Part shown: piece by piece, positions 22,356-33,991 of the stretch
How positions within the stretch are numbered: position 1 is the stretch's first letter
Layout: each line of letters opens with the position of its first letter
Source: an uncultured delta proteobacterium
Lineage (GTDB): Bacteria; Myxococcota_A; Polyangia; Palsa-1104
Length of the DNA: 64,000 nucleotides
Direction: 5' to 3'
Assembly (NCBI GenBank): GCA_963785725.1
Contig: CAWAWS010000004.1
Location: 64,001-128,000 of the forward strand
Notes under the pieces: generated by a model
Database searches by the model: none
What the model saw: the letters and a program-made list of their open reading frames with translations, nothing else
Told to the model about the DNA's origin: nothing
Position numbers and translations under genes: made by a program

Positions 22356-23210
22356 ATGAACCGTCTAGATGGAGAAGAGGGACGGCAAGGGCCGTTGAGC
22401 GCCTATTTGAGCCGAATCGATCGCTATTCGCTGCTCACGCCGGAAGAGGAGAAGGCGCTGGCCATGCGCTGGCGTCACTTTCGCGACCCGGAAGCGGCCG
22501 ATCGCTTGGTCACGGGTAATCTGCGCTTCGTCGTCAAGATCGCGTTCGAGTACCGGACATACGGTGCGCGCCTGCTCGATCTCATCCAAGAGGGGAATCT
22601 AGGTCTCTTGGTCGCCGTGGATCGCTTCGATCCCGATCGCGGTGTGCGCCTGACGACCTACGCGGTGTGGTGGATTCGCGCCTATATCCAAGAGGCGATT
22701 CGGCGCGGCTGGTCGCTGGTACGCTTTGGTACCACGCGCGCCGAGCAGCGCTGCTTCTACCGCCTGCGCCGCGAGCGGCAGCGCCTCGAGCGTGGCGGCA
22801 CCAAAGCCGATCCCGACGAGCTGGCGCAGGCGCTCGGCATCACCACGAGCGAGCTGGAAGCGATCGAGTCGCGCATCACGCGCCGCGACATGTCGCTCGA
22901 CGACAACCCGTACGCCGATGCCGACGAGACGCGCGGCGATCGCGTGGCCGACGACGGTCCCGGCCCAGAGTCGATGGTCGCCGACGACGAGCTGCAGCAC
23001 CGCGCGCATGACGCGATCGCGGAGGCGCTGGCGGCGCTCGATCCGCGCGAGCGCGACATTCTCAATCGCCGCTACTTGGCCGCGAAGCCGGCGACGCTGA
23101 AGGAGATCGGCGTGCAGTTCGGCATCTCCCGCGAGCGCGTCCGCCAGCTGGAGGCGCGGGCCATGGCCAAGCTGCGCGAACGCCTCGAGCCGCTACGCTT
23201 GGCGAGCTGA
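22356..23210 (+). CDS. RpoH/sigma32-like sigma factor
   Basis: NLRFVVKIA, DLIQEGNLGL, YAVWWIRA, GTTRAEQRCFY, ISRERVRQLE. Confidence 0.92.
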   Translation: MNRLDGEEGRQGPLSAYLSRIDRYSLLTPEEEKALAMRWRHFRDPEAADRLVTGNLRFVVKIAFEYRTYGARLLDLIQEGNLGLLVAVDRFDPDRGVRLTTYAVWWIRAYIQEAIRRGWSLVRFGTTRAEQRCFYRLRRERQRLERGGTKADPDELAQALGITTSELEAIESRITRRDMSLDDNPYADADETRGDRVADDGPGPESMVADDELQHRAHDAIAEALAALDPRERDILNRRYLAAKPATLKEIGVQFGISRERVRQLEARAMAKLRERLEPLRLAS

Positions 23211-23376
23211 CCGCCGCCTCGCCCACCGGCCGTATTTGCCGTCATTCGCGGCCGCGCCGTCCGTCACTTCCCCGAAATATGCGCAAATTCGAGCGCGACT
23301 GCCCATTGTTGTCATCATTGCCGCGTGAGACACTCACTCCCTGCTTTTGAAACAGCGTTTTTGAACAGGGGGGAGC

Positions 23377-24411
23377 ATGCAGCTTCGAAATGGCCTCTTC
23401 ACTCTGAGCCTGGTTTTCGCCGCGTCGCCGGCGCTGGCGAGCCACTCGCACGCCGCCAAGCCGGCCGCGCCGCCGCCGCCGGCCGCCGCCGACGCCGAGC
23501 CGCAAGGACCAAAGTTCAATTGGCAGTCGGGCCCGCAACGGGTCGACCTCGGCCACGAGCTGCAGCTCGATCTGCCCGACAACTACGCGTTTCTCGGCAT
23601 GCCCGACGCCAAGACGCTGATGGAGAGCCTCGGCAACCTCTACAACGAGAACCTGCTCGGCGTCGTCATCGCCGGCGGCGGCGACTCGCCGTGGTTCATC
23701 ACGGTGCGCTACACCGAGGAGGGCTACGTCGACGATAAAGAGCCGATCGATGCCAATAAGCTCCTGGAGGCGATCCAAAAAGGGACGCTCGAAGCCAACG
23801 AAGAGCGGGTCAAACGCGGCTTTTCGGCGGCGCATGTCGACGGCTGGGACGAGGCGCCGAGCTACGATCGCGCGCTCCATCAGCTGGTGTGGGCGCTGAC
23901 GATGAAGACGACGAGCGGCAAAGACTCGCTCAACTACAGCACGCGCATTCTCGGACGGCGCGGCTATGTCGCGATCAACCTCGTCACCGGTGTCGATCGC
24001 TTCGCGACCGATCGGCCGCAGGCGGCCAAGATCTTGTCGGTCACGCACTTCAAGCCGGGCGCGCGCTACGAGGACTTCGACCAAAAGAAGGACAAAGTCG
24101 CCGAATACGGCCTGATGGGCCTCATTCTCGGTGGCGTCGGCATCGGCGCGCTGAAGCTGGCCAAAGTCGGCCTCTTCGCCGCGTTCGGCAAGAGCATCTG
24201 GGCGTTCATCCTCATCGCCAAGAAGGCGGTGGTCCTCTTCTTCGTGGGAATTTGGGCGGCCATCAAGAAGCGGTTCGGCAAGAAGGAAGTGCCGCAGAAC
24301 GTGGCCGCGAACATGCCGCCGCCGCCGGATCGCGTCGATCCGCCGCTCGTCGCCGAAGCCGACGCCAAGCCGCCGAGCGGCAGCGAGCCGCCGACCGACG
24401 ACTTCAAGTAG
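23377..24411 (+). CDS. DUF2167-family membrane-anchored protein
   Basis: Signal peptide; GWDEAPSYD, LNYSTRILGRRG, RYEDFD..DKVAEYGL. Confidence 0.85.
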   Translation: MQLRNGLFTLSLVFAASPALASHSHAAKPAAPPPPAAADAEPQGPKFNWQSGPQRVDLGHELQLDLPDNYAFLGMPDAKTLMESLGNLYNENLLGVVIAGGGDSPWFITVRYTEEGYVDDKEPIDANKLLEAIQKGTLEANEERVKRGFSAAHVDGWDEAPSYDRALHQLVWALTMKTTSGKDSLNYSTRILGRRGYVAINLVTGVDRFATDRPQAAKILSVTHFKPGARYEDFDQKKDKVAEYGLMGLILGGVGIGALKLAKVGLFAAFGKSIWAFILIAKKAVVLFFVGIWAAIKKRFGKKEVPQNVAANMPPPPDRVDPPLVAEADAKPPSGSEPPTDDFK

Positions 24412-24434
24412 CGCTCGTAACGCGCGGCTCAGCC

Positions 24435-24593
24435 AGGGGCTGTTCTCAATCAGCTCCCGTCGCCAAGCTTGCTGCGGGCCGCGTCTGCTTCGTTGCTCAT
24501 CGCTCAGTTACCGCCAGTAGCTTCGCTGTTCGCGCCTCGCAGCCGCGGCTCCTCGCGGCGCTTGGCTCGGTCCGCCAATTGAGAACAGCCCCT
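24435..24593. mobile_element. 159-bp MITE-like element with perfect 16-bp terminal inverted repeats
   Basis: AGGGGCTGTTCTCAAT (24435-24450) and ATTGAGAACAGCCCCT (24578-24593); internal self-complementarity. Confidence 0.75.
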
Positions 24594-25068
24594 AGCGCGC
24601 CGCCTTCTGATATCCACCGGGAACTTTCACACCATTGAGCTCCTCGCGGTGCTCTTCGGCGATCTGCACGGCCGGCTGCTCGGCGGCGCGCGGTCGCGCG
24701 AACGCCAAATACACGTCCCAGGCGCGCGTGTCACCGAGCGACTCCCGCGCCAACGCCTCGCCGTACAACGCCTGCGCGATCCGTGGCTCGTCGCCGAACA
24801 TCTTGGAGGCGATGCGATACTCGCTGGCGGCCTCGGCGAACTGCCCTTGCGCGCGCAGCGCCACCGCCAAGTTGTAGTGCGCTTCGCTCAGCGACGGATC
24901 TTCGCGCAGCGCCTCGCGTAGCTTCTTCTCCGCCTCCGGGAAGTTGCCTTGCACCACGCGCTGCACGCCTTCGCCCAGGATCTGGTGCGGCTGATCGAGC
25001 GTCGCCTGCGCATGCGCGGCCAGAGGGGCCAGCGTCACCGCGGCGGCCAACATCCAGACTTTGTACAT
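24592..25068 (-). CDS. Secreted TPR protein
   Basis: AGGAGG RBS, signal peptide, EAHYNLAVAL..GQFAEA. Confidence 0.8.
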   Translation of the reverse strand: MYKVWMLAAAVTLAPLAAHAQATLDQPHQILGEGVQRVVQGNFPEAEKKLREALREDPSLSEAHYNLAVALRAQGQFAEAASEYRIASKMFGDEPRIAQALYGEALARESLGDTRAWDVYLAFARPRAAEQPAVQIAEEHREELNGVKVPGGYQKAAR

Positions 25069-25093
25069 AGGGTCCTCCTGATGCCGGAGGACT

Positions 25094-25109
25094 AGCGAGC
25101 CGCGTGCCG
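25094..25109 (-). promoter_or_regulatory. Sigma54 -24/-12 motif CGGCACGCGGCTCGCT
   Basis: GG-N10-GC upstream of 25068. Confidence 0.6.
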
Positions 25110-25140
25110 AGAGACCCTCGACACGCGGCTTCATGCGGAA

Positions 25141-26656
25141 TTACGCGGTGGGAATGACGATGAAGATGGCGGAGTCGCCGCGGCGCAGGCGCAACAGGTG
25201 GCCGCCCGAGCGATCGGCGCCGAGCGCGCGCACGGCGTCATCGGCCGTCGCCACCGGCTTGCGGTCGACCTCGAGCACGATGTCGCCTTGCTGCAGGCCG
25301 GCCTCTTGCGCCGGCGAGCCGTCGCGCACGCTCGTCACCACGGCGCCTTTGAGCCGGCCGTCGACCCCGAGCTGCTGCGCCATCATCGGCGTCAGCGACG
25401 ACAAGCCGACCCCGATCTTGCCTCTGGTCGCGCGCTCGCCGCCGCCTTGACCGCCTTCGCGCGACGCCTGCCGCTCGTCGCCGGGCAGATTCGATTGTCT
25501 GCGGCGAGACATGCACGTTCTTGCCGTCACGCCACAAGGTCAGGTCGACCTTCTGCCCGACTTTGCCGTTGGCGATGAGCCGCTGCACGGTGCGACCATC
25601 CGGCGTCGGCGTGCCGTTGACGGCGACGATGACGTCGCCCGCCTGCGCGCCCGCCTTCTCGGCCGGCGACCCCGGCTCCAGCTGACCGACGAGCGCGCCA
25701 CGTTCGGGCGCGCCTTTGCCGAGCCCCTTTTGCAGCTCCGGCGTCAGATCCTGCATGCGAATGCCGACGTAGGGATGACGAACGTGGCCGCCGTTGATGA
25801 GCTGCTCGGTGACCGGTTTCATCATCGACGACGGCACGGCGAACCCGATGCCGGTGCCGATGCCCGCGATCATCGTGTTGATGCCGATGACCTCGCCGTC
25901 GAGGTTGACGAGCGGGCCGCCCGAGTTGCCCGGGTTGATCGACGCGTCCGTCTGCAAGAAGTCCTCGAACTTGCCGCCGCCCGAGACCGAGCGGTTCTTG
26001 GCCGACAACACGCCGACGGTCACCGTGTGATCGAGCCCGAACGGATTGCCGATGGCGATGACCCACTCGCCGACCTGCAGCTTGTCGGAGTCGCCCATCT
26101 TCGCGGCCTGGACGCCGATGCCGTCGACCTTCACGACCGCCAAGTCGCTGCGCGGATCGGTGCCGATGACCTTGCCGGGCACGGTCTTGCCGTCGACGAA
26201 GGTGACCTTGACGTCATCCGCGTCCTCGACGACGTGATTGTTGGTGAGGATGTAGCCCTTCTTGTCGATGACGACGCCCGAGCCGAGGCCCGACTGCCGC
26301 TGGCCGCCGCCTTCGTCACCCTCGTCACCGAAAAAGCGTCCGAACGGCGTGCCTTCGAACGGATTGCCGCCGCGATGCATCGTGCGCTGCGAGTGGCCGC
26401 CTTTGGTCACGCTGATGCGCACGACCGACGGGCTCAGCTGCGACGCCACTTGCGCGAACGTGCGGCTCAACATGCGCGCGTCCGTCACCTGCTCGCGCGA
26501 CGGCGGCGGCAGCGCCGGCTTGACGTCGGCGGCGACAATCGGCGCCGCGTTCGCCGGGTGACCCCATTGCACCTGGACGTGGGTCGCCGCAACCGCTCCG
26601 GCAGCGCCAACCGCCATGAGCGCCAGGCCGCCAACCACGTTTCTTTTCCGCGTCAT
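25141..26656 (-). CDS. DegP/DegQ (HtrA) serine protease with two PDZ domains; frameshift near 25490
   Basis: TNNHV, DLAV, INPGNSGG; second PDZ in ORF 25141-25530. Confidence 0.92.
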
Positions 26657-26841
26657 CTAGATCCTCCTGGTTCGTCGCTACAACGCTAGCCGTGTGTGTG
26701 ACATTCCCGGCGGCGCTTGGGTTGTGTTCTGCGGCGTTTCGCCCCACTGCGGCGTGCGCAAAGTGACATCCACGCCTCGCGTGTGTGCGTGGCGGGCCGC
26801 TTAACTACCGGTAATCATGACTGCGACCGAGCGCAAGATGA

Positions 26842-26857
26842 CGGCACGACGACTGCA
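26842..26857 (+). promoter_or_regulatory. Sigma54 -24/-12 motif CGGCACGACGACTGCA
   Basis: GGCACG-N5-TGCA upstream of 26909. Confidence 0.7.
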
Positions 26858-26908
26858 AAAGTTCCCGGGCAAGTAGCATTTGACGAACGTCCATTAGGAG
26901 AAATTCAC

Positions 26909-27100
26909 ATGAAGAAGATCGCTCTCGTTATGTCCGCTTTCGCCCTCCTCGCGTTCTCGGGTATGGCTCGCGCTGAAGACGCCGCTCCGGCCAAGGCCGA
27001 GAAGACGACCAAGAAGACGACCAAGAAGACGACGGACACGGCCGCCGACGGCGCCGCGACCACGAAGACCGAGACCAAGACCGAGAAGACCGCGAAGTAA
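26909..27100 (+). CDS. Small secreted Lys/Thr/Ala-rich protein
   Basis: AGGAG RBS; MKKIALVMSAFALLAFSGMARA signal peptide; followed by a terminator. Confidence 0.8.
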   Translation: MKKIALVMSAFALLAFSGMARAEDAAPAKAEKTTKKTTKKTTDTAADGAATTKTETKTEKTAK

Positions 27101-27119
27101 TTTCGCTTCTGCTTCACCG

Positions 27120-27156
27120 GAGCCCCTCGCCGGCAACGGCGGGGGGCTCTTTTTTT
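27120..27156 (+). terminator. Rho-independent terminator
   Basis: GAGCCCCTCGCCG-GCAA-CGGCGGGGGGCTC followed by T7. Confidence 0.9.
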
Positions 27157-27184
27157 GTCCGCCCATCTGTTACGGTGACTTCGG

Positions 27185-28883
27185 ATGAAGATTCGCACCA
27201 AGCTGATCCTGCTTCTATCGGCGGCGCTGGTGGCGACGATGGTGCTGTCGACGTGGCTGCGCATCCGCTGGACGCGCTCGCGGCTCGAGGATCAGCTGCA
27301 GTCAATCGGCGCAGGATACGCTCACGCTCATCGCCGAGGATCTGACGAAGCGGCTGCGCTCGGACATGGATCAGGACGAGATCTTCGATCAGCTCAAAGA
27401 GGAGCAGCGCCTGCATCCGGGCGCCGACTTGACGCTGACGCTCGACATGCAAGACGAGTCGGTCTCGTTCTCGCTGCCGCAGTCGGCCGAAGATCTGAAA
27501 GTGGCCAAGAAGCCGCATCCGACGCGCACGAAGACAGTGCAGCAGCGACGCGAAGAGGCGCGCCGCGCTTACTACGATCACGGCGAGTCGTCGCGGGCGC
27601 CGGGCACGCGAACGATCGAGCCGATGTGGCGCACGCCGGACAAGCCGACCGATCGCTGGCCACCGCGCGCCGTGGCCGTCGCGCCGCCGAAGCAGCACGT
27701 CGTCGTGCGGACGCAGGGGCCGCGCGGTCGCAGCATCTTCGCAGTGTCGGCGGACATCGATCCCGCCGGTCCGATGCAAGCCAAGCTGGAGATCTCGAAG
27801 TCGGACGAGCCGATCGCCGCGCTGGTGCGCACCGAGGAGCTGAACTCGGCGCTGATTACCGGGTCGGCGGTGATCATTTTGATGGTGATGACGGCGTTCA
27901 TCGTCGATCGCGTCGTCGGTCGGCCGGTGAGCTTGTTGGAAGCGGCGATGCAGCGGGTCGAAGGCGGCGAGCTCGAAGCGCGCGTGCCGGCCAAGTCGCA
28001 CGACGAGGTGGGCGCGTTGTCGCGCGGGTTCAACTCGATGCTGACGCGCGTGGCCGAGGCGGACGCGGAGATTCGCGCGTTCAATCGCCGCCTCGCCGAC
28101 GAGATCAAAGCGGCGACGCTCGATTTGGCGCGCAAGAACGAGGCGCTGGCGCAGCTCAACCGTTTGTTGCGCGAGACGCAGAAGGAGCTGGGCGACAAAG
28201 AGCGGCTGGCGGCGCTCGGACAGCTGGCGGCGCAGCTGGCGCACGAAATCGGCACGCCGCTCGGCTCGGTGTCGGGCCACTTGCAGCTGGCGATCACGGC
28301 GCGCGATGTGCCGTCGGCGTTGAAAGATCGCCTGCAAGTGGCGACGCGCGAGCTCGAGCGCGTCTCCAAGATCGTGCGCGACTATCTCGACTCGACGCGC
28401 ACGGTGGCGCCCGAGCGCGTGCCGGTCGACGTCGAGCGCGTCGTCGACGAGGCGCTCGGCATTTCCATCGGCGCCGAGGCGCGCGCGCGCGTCGAAGTCG
28501 ACAAGCGCGTCGATGCCGAGGCCGCGCACGCCGAGACCGATCCCGGCCTCTTGCGTCAGATCTTGGTGAATTTAGTGACGAATGCAGTCGATGCCGTAGC
28601 CCAACATCCGCGCGGCCACTTGGAAGTGCTGGCGTTCCTGCAGGGCGATCGCGTGGCCATCTCGGTGCGCGACGACGGCGTCGGCATTGCGCCCGAAGAC
28701 GCCGCGCGTATCTTCGAGCCGTTCTACACGACCAAAGGGCGCGGCAAAGGCACCGGCCTCGGCCTCGCCATCTGCCGCGAATTGACCAACGCGCTCGGCG
28801 GCCGCATCACCGTCGACAGCGCGCCCGGACGCGGCTCGACCTTCACCGTCACGTTGCCGCGCTCCGAGCGCAAGGCGGCCTAA
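27185..28883 (+). CDS. Membrane sensor histidine kinase with HAMP; frameshift near 27310
   Basis: N-terminal TM; HAMP, AHEIGTPL, NLVTNA, DDGVG, GTGLGL. Confidence 0.9.
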
Positions 28884-28888
28884 TCGAT

Positions 28889-30274
<1,386 letters not shown>

Positions 30275-30276
30275 CG

Positions 30277-31407
30277 ATGCTGGCGGGAACGTTCGTGACG
30301 ATGCCGTTCGCCGATCTGCTGCAGTGGATCTCGGATTCGCGTCGCTCGGGAACGTTGCAGGTGGCGCTGGAGTTCGAAGAGCGCTATCTGCGATTCGTAG
30401 ACGGGTCCATTGTCGCCTACGGCTCGGATGATCCGATGGCGCGCGACCTCGGCCGCTTGGCGCTGCACGCCGGCCTGTGCGACGAAGCGGCCATCTTGCG
30501 CGCCGTCGAAGCGCAGGCGCAGAGCCAGATGCCGCTCGGCGACGTGCTGGTGTCGTCGGGCGCCGTGACGCACGAGGCGCTCGCCGCCGCCGTCGACAAG
30601 CACGTGCAGGAGACGGTGCTCGGCCTGTTCTTGTGGCCCGAAGGTCGCTTCGCGTTCACCAACGAAGTGGCGCCGGCCGATTTGGTCGCGTACATGCCGC
30701 CCGAGTACGAGCTGGCCGAGCCGATGGCGACGCGCGGCATCCTCATGGAGGGCATGCGCCGCCTCGACGAATGGACGCGCATCGTCAAAGTGTTGCCGTC
30801 CGACGACGTGCAGCTGCACGCGCTCGGTCCGGCGCCGGAGCTGCCGATTCTCGAGGAGATCGCCGCGCATCCCGAGCCGCCGACGCTGGCGCAGCTGTTG
30901 GCGGAGCAGGGCGACTCGCGTTACGCCGTGTGCGAGCAGCTGTTCCGCGCGTTCGAGCGCGGCCTCGTCGCCGTCGATGCGCCGACGCCGGAAGCGACGG
31001 CGCGCGCGGCGCGCACGTCGCGCGGCTCGACGACGGTGGCGCACCTCGTGGCCGCCGCCCGCGCGCTCATCGACGAAGGGCAGCACGACGAGGCGGCCGC
31101 GCTCTTGCGCTCGTCGCTGACGCTCGATCCCTTTCGCGCCGACGCGCGCCAGCTCTTGGCCGACTCGCGCGAGCGGCAGCGTGAGGCGCTGTACGAAGCC
31201 ATGCCGCGCGAGCTGGTGCCGCGCGTCGTCGCCTCGGAAGGCAAGCTGCGCCGACTGCCGCTGACGCCGCGCGAACGGCGCGTGCTGTCACACGTCAACG
31301 GCCGCTGGGACGTGGGCGCGCTGGCGTTGACGACCGGCTTCGGCGAGCTGGAGACGCTGCGCGTGCTGCGCCGGCTCGTGCACACCGGCGCCATCTCCAT
31401 CGGCTGA
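30277..31407 (+). CDS. DUF4388 (PatA-N)-domain protein
   Basis: MPFADLLQWISDSRRSGTL, LFLWPEGRFAF, MEGMRRLDEW. Confidence 0.85.
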   Translation: MLAGTFVTMPFADLLQWISDSRRSGTLQVALEFEERYLRFVDGSIVAYGSDDPMARDLGRLALHAGLCDEAAILRAVEAQAQSQMPLGDVLVSSGAVTHEALAAAVDKHVQETVLGLFLWPEGRFAFTNEVAPADLVAYMPPEYELAEPMATRGILMEGMRRLDEWTRIVKVLPSDDVQLHALGPAPELPILEEIAAHPEPPTLAQLLAEQGDSRYAVCEQLFRAFERGLVAVDAPTPEATARAARTSRGSTTVAHLVAAARALIDEGQHDEAAALLRSSLTLDPFRADARQLLADSRERQREALYEAMPRELVPRVVASEGKLRRLPLTPRERRVLSHVNGRWDVGALALTTGFGELETLRVLRRLVHTGAISIG

Positions 31408-31443
31408 TTCCCGTCGCTGTGAGCGCCTACGCGCCGTAAGCGT

Positions 31444-32520
31444 TCAGCGCGGTAGATCGAGCAGGTGATCGAGCCGCGCCGACTCGGTCGCGAACTGCTT
31501 CTTGGCCGCCTCGCCCAGCTTCTTGCGCGTCGTCTCCTGCACCGCGAACGGGTCGAGCACTTTGGCGCCTGCCATCAGCTGATAATGCAGATGGGGCGCG
31601 AACGAATGCCCGGTATTGCCGCTCTTGCCGACGACCTCGCCGCGCGAGACATGCGCGCCCGTCGCGATCGTCGGCGGCTCCGACAAGTGCAGGAAGATGG
31701 CGGTCAAACCTTTGCCGCCCGCCTCGTGCAGCTCGATGTCGTTGCCGTTGCCCTTCCAGTTCCAGTTCTTCTTGGCCACCGTCGCTTCGAACGGCGCCTT
31801 GACCGGCGTGCCCATCGGCGTCTTGAAGTCGACGCCCTTGTGCCCGCGCCCGTCGCGCAACAGCGACGTGACCTGCTCGTAATCGTCGAGCGGCGGATGC
31901 GCCAGGCGCAGCTCGAGCTCGGCGCCGTCGGGCGTATAAAACCGCGGCCACTGCGAATCGGGCGCTTTGAAGCGATAGGCGCGGAACGTGCGGTTGCTCT
32001 TGCCGCTCTTGTAGCGCACGGCGTAGACGATCGGATCTTCGCCCGGCCGCTCTTCGTACAGCGCCTCCAAGACGTCGCCGCGCCGCAGATCGCCCGGCAC
32101 CGCCAGCCACCACACGAGCGAGCGCACCAGCACTTGCACGAAGCGCGGGCCGATCTCGGGCCCGACCTCGTGCACCACCGCCGTTTCCAGCGGCCCGTTG
32201 ACCTCGACGCGCAGCCGCTTCATGCCCGCCTTTTGCAGCTCGTCGTCGGCGGCCGAATGCGCGGCCGGCCTGTTGTCGGCGGCCGGCGCCGTCACGGCGG
32301 TTCCGCCATCGTCGACGGCGGCAGCGGCAACGGGCGCGACCGCGGGCGGCGTCACCGGCGCGACTGCTTTGGGCGGCGACGGCGGCGCGGGCGGCGTCGA
32401 ATGGCGCGTCTTGAGCGCGAAGATCGCCAGCCCGATCAGGACGACGACGACGGAGATCGTGGTGGCAATGCGTGCCGTCGGCGGCTTGCGCGACCGGCCG
32501 AGCGTAGGCATATCGGACAT
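31444..32520 (-). CDS. M23 family peptidase
   Basis: HKGVDF, SGNTGHSFAPHLHY; N-terminal TM. Confidence 0.9.
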   Translation of the reverse strand: MSDMPTLGRSRKPPTARIATTISVVVVLIGLAIFALKTRHSTPPAPPSPPKAVAPVTPPAVAPVAAAAVDDGGTAVTAPAADNRPAAHSAADDELQKAGMKRLRVEVNGPLETAVVHEVGPEIGPRFVQVLVRSLVWWLAVPGDLRRGDVLEALYEERPGEDPIVYAVRYKSGKSNRTFRAYRFKAPDSQWPRFYTPDGAELELRLAHPPLDDYEQVTSLLRDGRGHKGVDFKTPMGTPVKAPFEATVAKKNWNWKGNGNDIELHEAGGKGLTAIFLHLSEPPTIATGAHVSRGEVVGKSGNTGHSFAPHLHYQLMAGAKVLDPFAVQETTRKKLGEAAKKQFATESARLDHLLDLPR

Positions 32521-32537
32521 GAAGTGGAGACTTTACG

Positions 32538-32777
32538 CTAGGCCGAGCCGCGCGTCGTATTCGTTGCGTCATACAGCGAAAGCAGGCGACAGAGCCGCTG
32601 CTCGACCGCATGCAGCGCCTCGGGCTCATCCGGCGTCAGCGCGTGAATGCGCAGCTCGACGACGTCGCGGGCGATGTCGTCGAGCGCGGCGCGAACCTGC
32701 GGCGCATCGTGCGCGGCGAGTCGGCGCCGCCACGCCTGAATCTCGCGCTCCAGTCCCTGCAGCTCGAATTCATTCAT
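32538..32777 (-). CDS. Small hypothetical protein
   Basis: 79-aa helical ORF filling the gap in the same orientation as its neighbours. Confidence 0.45.
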   Translation of the reverse strand: MNEFELQGLEREIQAWRRRLAAHDAPQVRAALDDIARDVVELRIHALTPDEPEALHAVEQRLCRLLSLYDATNTTRGSA

Positions 32778-32908
32778 GGGCGCATCATCGTAGTGCAAGC
32801 GGCGTGCGCTTGCCAAGTCTGCGCGCGACTAAGGCTGCAAGAGCGGCGAGTGCAGCCGACGCACAACCGGCCGCGGCCGTTCGTGCAACCGCTGCACCTT
32901 GCCGCTCG

Positions 32909-33844
32909 TCAGCGCTTCTTCTTGGCCTTGAGCTCGCGCAGCTTGCGCAGCTCGTCCTTGGCGTAGTCGTGCTTGCGATCGATCGTCAGCACCGCCTCGA
33001 AGCCGCGGATGGCGTCGTCGACGCGCCCCATGTCGCGGTGGCCGCACGCCTCCTCCAGTCGCCGCTCGATGCCCGCGCGCAGCGACTGGCGCGCCTCGTC
33101 GCCGCGCCGGCGCTGCTCGAGCTCGGCCGCGGTCGGCGGCTCGTCTTCGAGCACGGCGAGCAGCATCGGCGCCGCGTCGCCCTCGGCAATCTGTCGGCGC
33201 GCGCCGTCGATGAGCTCGTTGATCGACTTGATGACCGCCCGTGTCGTCGCGCCGTAGCGCGTAAAGATGTGCGGCGCATAACGGGCGCGCAGCTGCCGGT
33301 GCGCCTCGTCGGCTTCGGCGTCGCTGGCCTGCGCCGAGATGCCGAGCTGCTGTCGCGGCGCCAAGCCCGAGCGGCGCGCCAATTCCTCGACGAGCGCCTG
33401 CTCGATGGCGTCGCCGAACTTGGGCGCGCGCGTCGCCTCTTCCGGCGGCGGCGGCGGCATCGCGGGCGGCGCCGCCGGCTTCGGCTGCTGCGCGCGCGCC
33501 GTCTGCAGCGCCATCTCCAGCGCGCGCTTGGTCGGCTCGTCGAGGTCGTAGAACATCACGCCCATGCCCGGCCGCTGGCCGTTCTGCGCGTCCACGACAT
33601 GGACCACCTGCGCGCGCAGCGCCACCATTTCGCCGTCGGGCAGGCTGAGCTCGAGCATCACCTCCGAGCCCATCGGCGCGGCATCGTCCGAGGCCACGAA
33701 CAGCCCGCCGCGGCTCAAGTTGCTGGTGTAGAGCTCGAGATACTGCTTCCACGATTCACAGCGCAGCCGGACCGCCAGCTGGACCGGATAGCGCGTGTGC
33801 TCGCGAACGAAGGCGGGAACGATCTCCTTGGGACGCTGCGTCAT
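32909..33844 (-). CDS. PilZ-domain protein with degenerate J-like and TPR regions
   Basis: REHTR, NLSRGGLF, GMGVMF; QLGISAQAS..RARYAP. Confidence 0.8.
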   Translation of the reverse strand: MTQRPKEIVPAFVREHTRYPVQLAVRLRCESWKQYLELYTSNLSRGGLFVASDDAAPMGSEVMLELSLPDGEMVALRAQVVHVVDAQNGQRPGMGVMFYDLDEPTKRALEMALQTARAQQPKPAAPPAMPPPPPEEATRAPKFGDAIEQALVEELARRSGLAPRQQLGISAQASDAEADEAHRQLRARYAPHIFTRYGATTRAVIKSINELIDGARRQIAEGDAAPMLLAVLEDEPPTAAELEQRRRGDEARQSLRAGIERRLEEACGHRDMGRVDDAIRGFEAVLTIDRKHDYAKDELRKLRELKAKKKR

Positions 33845-33947
33845 GCCCACAACCTCGCTCATGCCAACTGACCCCTGCATCATAGCAATCGGGGGCTTTT
33901 CCCCCATCTCATCAATCGCAACTACGCGTCAGGACTTTAGCTGGGCG

Positions 33948-33963
33948 TGGCCATTTTCTTGCG
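33948..33963 (+). promoter_or_regulatory. Sigma54 -24/-12 motif TGGCCATTTTCTTGCG
   Basis: TGGC..TTGC upstream of 33992. Confidence 0.65.
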
Positions 33964-33991
33964 AAGGTCTACGTAACGAGGAGTACGACAC

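Noticed and set aside
32794..32809. Sigma54 motif before 32777
   Set aside because: CG instead of GG at -24.
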